Part shown: one piece after another, positions 22,738-30,482 of the stretch
Numbering within the stretch: position 1 is the first letter of the stretch
Layout of the letters: each line of letters opens with the position of its first letter
Origin: Syntrophaceae bacterium UBA6078
Lineage (GTDB): Bacteria; Desulfobacterota; Syntrophia; Syntrophales; UBA2210
Assembly (NCBI GenBank): GCA_002428735.1
Contig: DIXO01000001.1
Coordinates: 57,580 to 121,579, forward strand
Length of the DNA: 64,000 nucleotides
Direction: 5' to 3'
Position numbers and translations under genes: made by a program
Notes under the pieces: model-generated
What the model was told of the DNA's origin: nothing
Database searches by the model: none
The model's input: only the letters and a program-made list of their open reading frames with translations

Positions 22738-23449
22738 CCTCCATCCGTGCCAGATGTTCCACGATCCGCAGCGCGCAGTCCCTCTGGGCCTTCAATCCCT
22801 TCCCTTCCATCTCCGGCACCAGGGTCTCTACCGTCATGGTGAAACGTTCACCAAACCGGGGGACACCAGTGTACGTTTTCTGGCCGTCTCCCCTGAGATA
22901 GATACACATGACCCGGCAACCGGGGGCATGGGCCACCAGACGCCCCACGCCGTAGGTAAAATTCTCCACATTGATCCGTCCCGTCCGGGAACGCCCCCCC
23001 TCGGGAAAGATGAGCAGGCTTTCGCCTCTGTTCAGGAGATGGAAGCACCGATCCATGGTTGATCTCATCTGGTCCCGGTCACCCCCCCGGCTGATGGGAA
23101 TGCATTTCGACAGATAGCAGACCGCCGTCAGAAAGGGGTTCTTCTGGAAATTCTTTCGTTCCGGCAGATTCCAGGGAAACCGCCGGTATCGGATCATATA
23201 CCCGTGCAGAGGCGCCATGGCCCACTGAACGATGACGGAATCTATCATGGTCAGGTGATTCGGACAGATGATCCAGGGCCCTTTGTGCTCCCTGAAGAGG
23301 CGGTGGATCGTTTGTCTCACTCTTCCGAGTTCCCGTACCCGGTAGCCCATCACCAGCATAAAAAGGTGGGCAAGGGGAGCTATGATGAAAATGGAGAGAC
23401 GCCCCAGAAAGCCCTGCAGGCGCAGGGAATATCTCGTTTTCCAGTTCAT
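22634..23449 (-). CDS. PlsC/LPLAT-family acyltransferase
   Basis: 271-aa ORF with an N-terminal hydrophobic anchor, the HX4D motif (NHLTMID) and FPEGGRSRTG, which are the hallmarks of lysophospholipid acyltransferases. Confidence 0.85.
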   Translation of the reverse strand: MNWKTRYSLRLQGFLGRLSIFIIAPLAHLFMLVMGYRVRELGRVRQTIHRLFREHKGPWIICPNHLTMIDSVIVQWAMAPLHGYMIRYRRFPWNLPERKNFQKNPFLTAVCYLSKCIPISRGGDRDQMRSTMDRCFHLLNRGESLLIFPEGGRSRTGRINVENFTYGVGRLVAHAPGCRVMCIYLRGDGQKTYTGVPRFGERFTMTVETLVPEMEGKGLKAQRDCALRIVEHLARMEDEYFDRQRRRGSYGSSGKREKSGYPIHEQGVHAG

Positions 23450-23453
23450 AATT

Positions 23454-23702
23454 TCACTGTAATTTCGTTTTTATTACGTCCACTGCATTCCCGATCGTTC
23501 GGATCTGATCGGCATCGTCGTCGTCAATCTCGATATCAAAGGTGTCCTCACACTTGATGATCACATCAACCAGACGCGCGGAATTGACCTTGAGATCGTC
23601 GAGTATGTGCGTATCCTTTGTCGCCCCGTCGAGCAGGGCCGGATCCTTGACGTATGGCCTCAAAATATTCACCATCTCCTGAAAAATCTGCTGTTCGTCC
23701 AT
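23454..23702 (-). CDS. Acyl carrier protein (atypical attachment-site context)
   Basis: 82-aa acidic protein. LDDLKVNSARLVDVIIKCEDTFDIEIDDDD aligns to the ACP helix II region, with NSA where canonical AcpP has DSL. Confidence 0.85.
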   Translation of the reverse strand: MDEQQIFQEMVNILRPYVKDPALLDGATKDTHILDDLKVNSARLVDVIIKCEDTFDIEIDDDDADQIRTIGNAVDVIKTKLQ

Positions 23703-23741
23703 TGTGTTCTCCTTAGTGAATGATTATGGGTCGAAAGCCGC

Positions 23742-25025
23742 TTACGCCTTCTCCCACTTTTTAAAAATCAGACATCCGTTCACATCTCCAAAACCGAAAC
23801 TGGCCTTGGCGATAATCTTCAGTTCGGGATATTCCATGACCGTCTGGGGAATCCTGTGGGCGAAGGCCGCGATCCCCGGGTGCACATCCTCGCAGTTGAC
23901 GGAGGGGTGCAGAAATCCCTTATACAACTGGAGCGCAACGGCAACGCTTTCGATGGCCCCTGCCGCCCCGAGGCAGTGCCCGATCATCGATTTTGTGGAG
24001 CTGATATAGGGGAAATCGTCCGGACCTCTTTCGAGGGCCCGGGACCAGTTTTCGACTTCCGAAGGATCGGCAAAGGTGGCGGTCAGGTGCCCGTTGATGG
24101 CATCGATTTCATGGGGAGATATGCCCGCGTCGGCCAGCGCCCCTCTGATGCAGCGCTGGACCCCTTCCGGGTTCGGCGCCGTCATGCTGCCGCCGTTTCG
24201 CTGTCCGCCGCAGTTGACGGCCCCTCCCAGTATCTCCGCATAGATCCTTGCTCCGCGGGATTGCGCGGCTTCCAGTTCTTCAAGGACCAGAACGGCTCCT
24301 CCGGCGCCGGGAACAAAACCATTGGCCGTGGCGCTCATGGGACGGGAGCCCTTTTCCGGCTGATCGTTGAACTTGCGGGCGATAACCCGCATGGAATCGA
24401 ATCCCGCCCATATGTAGGGCGACGCGCCTTCAGATCCCCCCGCCAGCATCCTCGTTGCCAGTCCCGCCCGTATCCTCCACAGCGCGTCCACAATAGCCTC
24501 CGTACCAGTGCTGCAGGCGGCGGAATTCGAGGTCACCTGGTTTCCCAGGGCCAGCAGACCTCCCACACGGGCGCTCGTTCCGCTGTTCATGACCTGTTCG
24601 ACAACCCTGCTCCCCATACGCCGTGTCTTTCCCTCATTCACCATGGGGACAATGGTTTCGGCAATCGTATCCATCCCCCCGATCCCGCACCCGAGGATGG
24701 CGCCCGTCTCCCAGTCCACCGGATCATCATCGCGGGGCACCTCGAGCCCCGCGTCTCGCCACGCATCGACAGCGGATACGGATATATATCCGATATTATC
24801 GTTCAGGGAGAGGAGCTTTTCATGATCGAAATAGCTCTTGCGAACTTCGTCAAATCCTTGCGGCATTCCCCCTATCTGACAGCCGAACTGCAGCTCCTTC
24901 AGCCGGGGGAAGAACCGGATCCCCGACCGCCCTTCGCGCAGGCCCTGTTCGAAACTGTCAAGACCGTAGCCGTTGGGGGCCACCACTCCCATTCCCGTGA
25001 TCACAACCCTAGGTTTCATGTGCAT
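23742..25025 (-). CDS. Beta-ketoacyl-ACP synthase, KAS I/II (FabB/FabF) family
   Basis: 427-aa ORF with the active-site Cys (NSAACSTGTEA) and two His (INGHLTAT, KSMIGHCLGAAG), so the Cys-His-His triad is intact. Confidence 0.9.
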   Translation of the reverse strand: MHMKPRVVITGMGVVAPNGYGLDSFEQGLREGRSGIRFFPRLKELQFGCQIGGMPQGFDEVRKSYFDHEKLLSLNDNIGYISVSAVDAWRDAGLEVPRDDDPVDWETGAILGCGIGGMDTIAETIVPMVNEGKTRRMGSRVVEQVMNSGTSARVGGLLALGNQVTSNSAACSTGTEAIVDALWRIRAGLATRMLAGGSEGASPYIWAGFDSMRVIARKFNDQPEKGSRPMSATANGFVPGAGGAVLVLEELEAAQSRGARIYAEILGGAVNCGGQRNGGSMTAPNPEGVQRCIRGALADAGISPHEIDAINGHLTATFADPSEVENWSRALERGPDDFPYISSTKSMIGHCLGAAGAIESVAVALQLYKGFLHPSVNCEDVHPGIAAFAHRIPQTVMEYPELKIIAKASFGFGDVNGCLIFKKWEKA

Positions 25026-25485
25026 CGACTCCTCTGCCGGTCAGCGTTCCGGAACAGATAAACTCCCCGTTTTCTTTCTCCATGCGGGTCCTCGTCTTCA
25101 GGTTTCCCCTGCGGAGATAGACCTTCTCAGCCTTGATAATGACACGCTCCCCGGGGTTTACGATAGCGTGAAACTCGCATTCATCGACCATGGCAAAGAG
25201 GGTGACCATCCGACCGATCTGTTCCAGGGATACGCCCCGAATCATAAGCAGGTATATGCCGAAGGCGACAACCCCGGTCTGCGCCATCGTCTCGATCAGA
25301 ATAACCCCGGGTGTAATGGGGCGGTCCGGGAAGTGCCCCCGGTAGAAGTATTCGTCGTCCCGGAACCGGTATGCTCCCACGATATGCTCACCATCCATCT
25401 CCAGTATGTCATCAATAAACCGGAACGGGCGCTGCTGAGGAACCATTGCAAGGACCTGCCGGACCGTTTCATGATCAGCCGCCAT
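25009..25485 (-). CDS. FabZ-like 3-hydroxyacyl-ACP dehydratase (hot-dog fold)
   Basis: 158-aa ORF with PFRFIDDILEMD...YFYRGHFPDRPITPGVILIETMAQ, the FabZ signature including the catalytic His. Confidence 0.85.
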   Translation of the reverse strand: MAADHETVRQVLAMVPQQRPFRFIDDILEMDGEHIVGAYRFRDDEYFYRGHFPDRPITPGVILIETMAQTGVVAFGIYLLMIRGVSLEQIGRMVTLFAMVDECEFHAIVNPGERVIIKAEKVYLRRGNLKTRTRMEKENGEFICSGTLTGRGVDAHET

Positions 25486-26227
25486 AGAGCCCCCCGCTCA
25501 CGTGGATCACGCTTCCCGTAACGTATGTTCCCCTGCAGGCGAGGAAGGCCACGACATCGGCGACCTCCTCGGGACGGCCCATCCTCCCCAGAGGGATATT
25601 CTGAGCAATCCCGTGCCGCACCTCGTCGGAAAGTTCTGCGGTCATGGCCGTATCGATGAAACCCGGCGCCACGGAATTGACGAGAATCTCGCGCCCCTGC
25701 AATTCCCTGGTCAGGGATTTTGTAAAGGCATCAAGAGCGGCCTTCTCCATGGTATAGGGGATCTGCCATTTGTTCCCCGTATGCCCCACCACGCTGGAGA
25801 TGTTGATAATCCTGCCCTTTCCCGTGCGCAGCATGAAGAGGCGCAGTATCCGTTTGGTGAGATACCAGGTTCCGCGAAGCGTCGAACGCTGGAGGTCGAA
25901 CTCTTCGATCCTCATGGCATTGATATCGTTATTGACGGAAATGCCGGCATTGTTGACCAAAACATCGACACGGCCCGCCTCTTTTTTGATCGATGTGACC
26001 ATTGTCTCAACATCATCCACATCAGCGAGATCGGCCTTCAGGAGAAACCCCTCTCCAATCCTCGAGAGAACTGCCCGCGCATCTGTCTCGCTCCGACGGT
26101 AATGGATACCGATCCTGAACCCCTCACGGGCGAGGGCCTCACAACATGCGGCCCCGATCCCCGTCCCGCCCCCCGTGACAATGGCCACCGGCGTTGATCC
26201 TTCATCCCTGCTGCCTGATCGGTTCAT
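25475..26227 (-). CDS. 3-oxoacyl-ACP reductase-type short-chain dehydrogenase (FabG-like)
   Basis: 250-aa ORF with a TGGGTGIGAA Rossmann motif, the NNAG motif and the catalytic S...YTMEK (YxxxK). Confidence 0.85.
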   Translation of the reverse strand: MNRSGSRDEGSTPVAIVTGGGTGIGAACCEALAREGFRIGIHYRRSETDARAVLSRIGEGFLLKADLADVDDVETMVTSIKKEAGRVDVLVNNAGISVNNDINAMRIEEFDLQRSTLRGTWYLTKRILRLFMLRTGKGRIINISSVVGHTGNKWQIPYTMEKAALDAFTKSLTRELQGREILVNSVAPGFIDTAMTAELSDEVRHGIAQNIPLGRMGRPEEVADVVAFLACRGTYVTGSVIHVSGGLYGG

Positions 26228-26820
26228 AGTTCCCTCTTGATAATGCCCCCCAGCGCAAGGGGTGAGCGTTTTGGATAATCCGGATAGACAATCCCTTTGA
26301 AGATCCCGGCGCGGGCATTCTTGACAGTCATGATCAGTTCGTCATCCACAAATACCCTGCCATCTCCGATGACGATACTCGACCCGGAACCCTTGAGATT
26401 GGAAAATCGTTTTACATCAACTTCATATCGGACGGTCTTGTTGTAGGGCCGGACCTGCCCGTTGAAGATAATCTCCTCAGAGCCCAGTGCCCTGCCGCCC
26501 CCCAATCCCCCTTTCCAGCAACAGTAAAAACCCAGAAGCTGCCAGATCGCGTCAACGCACAGGCAACCCGGCTGCACGGGATCGCCCGGCATGTGACACT
26601 GAAAATACCAGGCGTCCATCCTGATATCCTGCTCGGCGACAATGGACCCTTTCCTTCCATCAGCCCCGATGGAGATGATGCGATCCATCATCAGAAAAGG
26701 CGGCGCGGGGAGTCGGGAGTCGAAATCTTGGGGAGGGTCATCCACTAGCCGTCCGTAGGAAAAGGTAATGAGATCCTCAAGATCAAAGCTGTCCTTCTTC
26801 ATGAATTCAGAGTATTTCAC
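26224..26820 (-). CDS. FabA-like 3-hydroxyacyl-ACP dehydratase/isomerase
   Basis: 198-aa ORF with LPAPPFLMMDRI...WYFQCHMPGDPVQPGCLCVDAIWQLLGF, matching the FabA signature. Both the catalytic His and Asp appear to be present. Confidence 0.8.
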   Translation of the reverse strand: MKYSEFMKKDSFDLEDLITFSYGRLVDDPPQDFDSRLPAPPFLMMDRIISIGADGRKGSIVAEQDIRMDAWYFQCHMPGDPVQPGCLCVDAIWQLLGFYCCWKGGLGGGRALGSEEIIFNGQVRPYNKTVRYEVDVKRFSNLKGSGSSIVIGDGRVFVDDELIMTVKNARAGIFKGIVYPDYPKRSPLALGGIIKREL

Positions 26821-26847
26821 GGTTTCCTCTTCATTGGCCTGTCTGCC

Positions 26848-27834
26848 TTATGCCGCGATCCTCAGCATGGCCCGGACCCAGGTAAGCCCAGCCCCCACCA
26901 GGGCCAGCGCGATATGGTCCCCGGCGCCGAGTTCGTCCCAGTGCTGGCTCAGGACAGTCGGTGCTCCCGAGCCTCCGGTGTTGCCGTAATCGATAATATT
27001 ATGCCAGTGGTCATCTTCCGATATTCCGCACCGCTCGCTCACGGTCCTGAGCATACCGAAATTCGCCTGATGCCCGACAAACTTGAATCTGCCACAGCCG
27101 GCAGGATACAGCTCCTGTAAATCTCTGAGCAGTTCAGTCGTCTTTCGTATGGCGAACCCCTGAACGACCCTCCCATCCTGATCGAAATGCCCCACGCGGG
27201 GGACGCGGACCTTGTCCCAGGAGCGGGGGTTCGAATCGCAGAAAAAGGCCTCGAATATCATTTTCGAAGGGATGGACGCGGATACGACAGCTGCGCTGGT
27301 TCCGTCCCCGAAAAGGGGGGCGGACCGCCGATCCGAATAATCGATGATACGGGTCAAATTCTCGGGATTGACCACCAGAATAAAGGGCGGCAGCGCCTCC
27401 GGTTTCATGTCGGAGAGAAACTTCATCTGCATCCCGAAGGTGGAACAGGCTGAATTCAGGTCAAAACAGGGGGCGTCGATCCCGATCTCTCCCGCCACAC
27501 ATGCCGCCTCCGCCGGCGTGACATGATCGGGTGCGGAGCTTCCGGAGACTACCATCCCGATATCATGGGACTCCAACCCCGCCCGTTCCAGCGCCTGCTC
27601 AGCGGCACGCGCCGCTGTCTGGGCGTTCGTATAGAGACAGGCCTCCATGGCGGCCCGCGAGTCACGGTTTTTCGTCGTCCTGATGTAATCCAGCGGCAGG
27701 GCCGTGCGGCGGGTATGGATGCCGACCCGTTCCAGAATCCACTCCTCGCTGCAGCCGATATCCAGTTCCTCCAGAAACCGGTTCGTAAGGACAGTCTCCG
27801 GATGAAAATGACCTAATCCGTGAAGATACAACAT
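26848..27834 (-). CDS. 3-oxoacyl-ACP synthase III (FabH/KASIII) family
   Basis: 328-aa ORF with the Cys-His-Asn triad contexts DLNSACSTF, GHQAN and YGNTGGSG. Confidence 0.85.
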   Translation of the reverse strand: MLYLHGLGHFHPETVLTNRFLEELDIGCSEEWILERVGIHTRRTALPLDYIRTTKNRDSRAAMEACLYTNAQTAARAAEQALERAGLESHDIGMVVSGSSAPDHVTPAEAACVAGEIGIDAPCFDLNSACSTFGMQMKFLSDMKPEALPPFILVVNPENLTRIIDYSDRRSAPLFGDGTSAAVVSASIPSKMIFEAFFCDSNPRSWDKVRVPRVGHFDQDGRVVQGFAIRKTTELLRDLQELYPAGCGRFKFVGHQANFGMLRTVSERCGISEDDHWHNIIDYGNTGGSGAPTVLSQHWDELGAGDHIALALVGAGLTWVRAMLRIAA

Positions 27835-27837
27835 ATT

Positions 27838-29037
27838 CTATACGAGCTCCCGTCCGATGATCATATCCTGGACCTCTCTGACCCCTTCATATATGTCGAT
27901 GATATGGGCATCCCTCGCAAGCTTTGATATCTCATACTCGGACATGAACCCGTAACCGCCGTGAAGATGGAGCCCTTCCTTGGCGCAGAAAAGCGCCGCT
28001 TCGGCGGCGACATTCTTCGCCAGGGAGGCGTATACGCCTCTGTCCTCGGCACACTCCTGGACCTTGTCCGCCGCCTTCATCAGGGCCAGATCCGCCAGCT
28101 CAACCCGTTTCCACATTTCCACCAGGGTATCCCGCGCGACGGGGAGGTCGCAGATCCTCTGCCCGAACTGTTTGCGTTCCTTCGTGTATTCAAGGGTAAG
28201 GTCAAATGCCCGCTTCGCAAGGCCGACACCGATAGCCGCCACCATGGGCCTCGCGTAATCGAGGACGTCGACGGCATACTTGAAGCCCAGCCGCCGGTTT
28301 CCGATGATCTGATAATCCTCGATGACCACATCCTCAAAGGTAACCGTCGCCGTATTCGAGAGACGCTGGCCGAGCTTGTCCTCCGGTTTCCCCGTGGTAA
28401 TCCTCCCTCCCCCCGGCAGGGTGATCTCCCGTCCTCCCGTGGGCTGGGCGGTTATATCCGCCGCGGACACCGCGCTGCAGGGTATGATGACACAGGCCAT
28501 CATCAGACCCCGGGGACTTCCCGTCTTGCAGAAAACCGTAAACTGTGACGCATATGAAGCATTGGTAATGAAACACTTTTCCCCGTTGAGGATGTACCGT
28601 CCGTCATCTCCCTTTCTGATGAAGGTGGTCATGGCGGCATTGTCGGAGCCCGCTCCGGGTTCGGTCAGGCAGAAGGCTGAAATGATGGGAGCGTCCACGA
28701 AGGGTTTGAGAAATTTCTCTTTCTGCTCTTCCGTTCCATTCTGTGTAATCACAAAATTCGCCAGATCGTTGCACATGGCCGACGTGGAGATACCGGTATC
28801 GCCGTAGGACAGTTCCCGGACTATCAGAGCGGATGAAATGATATCCACCTCGAATCCCTTCACCGACTCGGGAATGGAAAGGTTCATCAGTCCCATCTCC
28901 CATGCCTTTTTGATAATATCGAGGGGGAACGCATGGTCGCGCTCCCGCTCCATCACGCTCGGCGTTATCTCGTTTTTGACAAATCTCCGGACCGTTTCCA
29001 CATACATTTTCTGGTCGTCGGCAAGCGTAAAATCCAT
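27838..29037 (-). CDS. Acyl-CoA dehydrogenase family flavoprotein
   Basis: Contains LTEPGAGSD and C-terminal YEGVREVQDMIIGREL motifs. The likely start is the ATG at 29037 (MDFTLADDQKMYVETVRRF); the track ORF starts at 29085. It carries a ~25-30-aa Gly/Thr-rich insertion (SAVSAADITAQPTGGREITLPGGGRITTG) before the KLG(Q/I)R segment. Confidence 0.85.
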   Translation of the reverse strand: MDFTLADDQKMYVETVRRFVKNEITPSVMERERDHAFPLDIIKKAWEMGLMNLSIPESVKGFEVDIISSALIVRELSYGDTGISTSAMCNDLANFVITQNGTEEQKEKFLKPFVDAPIISAFCLTEPGAGSDNAAMTTFIRKGDDGRYILNGEKCFITNASYASQFTVFCKTGSPRGLMMACVIIPCSAVSAADITAQPTGGREITLPGGGRITTGKPEDKLGQRLSNTATVTFEDVVIEDYQIIGNRRLGFKYAVDVLDYARPMVAAIGVGLAKRAFDLTLEYTKERKQFGQRICDLPVARDTLVEMWKRVELADLALMKAADKVQECAEDRGVYASLAKNVAAEAALFCAKEGLHLHGGYGFMSEYEISKLARDAHIIDIYEGVREVQDMIIGRELV

Positions 29038-29170
29038 ATGGTGCCTTACTCTCCTTAAAAATTGATGTCTTAACAGAGCCTCCATCGCCTTCCGGGGCGA
29101 GGAATCACTGCGCCGGAACCGTTCTCAATCTCTCACACGTCTTATAAACGGGAGAATCGGAATGCAACGG

Positions 29171-30142
29171 TCAACCGTCATGATGGTTTCTGCAACCCGG
29201 TTCCTTTTCAAACACTTTCCGGGCTCCGGAAAGGGTGGTGACAGACTGGCATTCAACGCCCATGGTCTTGAAAAACCCTCTGAGAGGGCGGCCGGGGCCT
29301 ATTTCAAGGGTAAAATCCGCGGTCGCGGCAAGGGTTTCCATATTCTTCCTCCACCGTACCGTATTGCTGAGCTGCGTAACCAGGCGGTCAACGATTTCCG
29401 CGCGGTTTTCCGAATGAAACAGGCCGGTCACATTCGACGTCACCCGCCTCGCGTTGGCTGGCTGTACCTGTCCGTCGATTCCGCGGAGCACATCCCGGAA
29501 CCCTTCCTCGATGGGCTCCATATAACGGCTGTGAAACGGGGCGCTCACATTCAGCGGAACAAAACGGAAAGAGGGGTTGTTCCCTACGGAGTTTTTGATC
29601 CTCTTTTCCGCTTCGGGCATTGCCTTCGAATCACCGCTGACCACGACCTGATCAGCGGAATTGTCATTCGCCAGATCAATCGGCAGATCATCCAGCGCCC
29701 GCAGAACCGCAGAAACATCCAGTCTATCAGCTATCACGGCTGCCATTCCGCCCAATCCCACGGGAGTTGCCTCCTGCATGAGGCGTCCGCGCGTCTGAAC
29801 CGCCGTCAGGGCTTCGGAAAAGGGGAGTACTCCCGCGGCGACCAGTGCGGCATACTCGCCCAGGCTGTGTCCCCCGAAATACTCCGGTTCAAAGCCATAG
29901 AGAATACCGAGTCCGCGAAGCATGGCGATCTCCGTCGCCAGGATGCAGGGCTGGGCGTATTCGGTCAGGTCCAACCGCTTGTCCTCCTCAAAACAGAGGG
30001 AGGAAACATCCCATCCCAGGGCATCCGACGCCTCGTGGTAGGTATCCCTGCTGATGGGGACGGCGTCGTAAAAGTCTTTCCCCATGCCGGGGCGCTGTGA
30101 CCCCTGCCCCGGGAAAACGACTGCTATCCTTGGTTCGCCCAT
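29171..30142 (-). CDS. fabD: Malonyl-CoA:ACP transacylase
   Basis: Contains VFPGQGSQRPGMG and GHSLGEYAALV (active-site Ser). The ATG at 30142 is preceded by GAGGTG; the track start at 30148 is GTG. Confidence 0.88.
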   Translation of the reverse strand: MGEPRIAVVFPGQGSQRPGMGKDFYDAVPISRDTYHEASDALGWDVSSLCFEEDKRLDLTEYAQPCILATEIAMLRGLGILYGFEPEYFGGHSLGEYAALVAAGVLPFSEALTAVQTRGRLMQEATPVGLGGMAAVIADRLDVSAVLRALDDLPIDLANDNSADQVVVSGDSKAMPEAEKRIKNSVGNNPSFRFVPLNVSAPFHSRYMEPIEEGFRDVLRGIDGQVQPANARRVTSNVTGLFHSENRAEIVDRLVTQLSNTVRWRKNMETLAATADFTLEIGPGRPLRGFFKTMGVECQSVTTLSGARKVFEKEPGCRNHHDG

Positions 30143-30190
30143 TTCCACCTCTGCGTCTCACATCTCGATGTGACCTTCCTCCCATGTCTA

Positions 30191-30206
30191 CGCACATTAC
30201 ATGCCA
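30191..30206 (-). promoter_or_regulatory. Candidate sigma-54 (-24/-12) promoter of the FAS-like cluster
   Basis: The minus strand reads TGGCATG-TAAT-GTGCG against the consensus TGGCACG-N4-TTGCW. The invariant GG and GC are at exact spacing. The -12 element lies about 49 nt upstream of the fabD ATG. Confidence 0.55.
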
Positions 30207-30231
30207 TCGTATTCCTGCCTGACCGGATTTG

Positions 30232-30244
30232 CATCAACTGATTG
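30232..30244. promoter_or_regulatory. IHF-like site between the palindrome and the sigma-54 promoter
   Basis: CATCAACTGATTG matches WATCAANNNNTTR at 12 of 13 positions. It lies between the -24/-12 element and the upstream palindrome. Confidence 0.25.
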
Positions 30245-30306
30245 AAATGTAAAGGGCTATGCAGCCATAATCCCGTCCTCTCCCCAGTCGGCATCGCAGG
30301 TTTTGA

Positions 30307-30343
30307 TGCGTAATCCCCTTCGCAGTCGGTAATAGATTACGCA
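30307..30343. promoter_or_regulatory. Perfect 9-bp inverted repeat, candidate enhancer (UAS) for a sigma-54 activator
   Basis: TGCGTAATC (30307-30315), 19 nt, then GATTACGCA (30335-30343). It is centred about 120 bp upstream of the -24 element, in the divergent region shared with the kinase/activator operon. Confidence 0.4.
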
Positions 30344-30482
30344 CCTGCACAAAGCAAATCCCCATGGCCGGAACGCCTGATTTTGTTCGGGCACAGGACG
30401 AAAGGAGAGACGGATTCGTAGTTCCTGGCCGATCTTGTATTGCCGCTGCGTATATGATAGCTTTTTTGCAAGGAGAGCGCAT

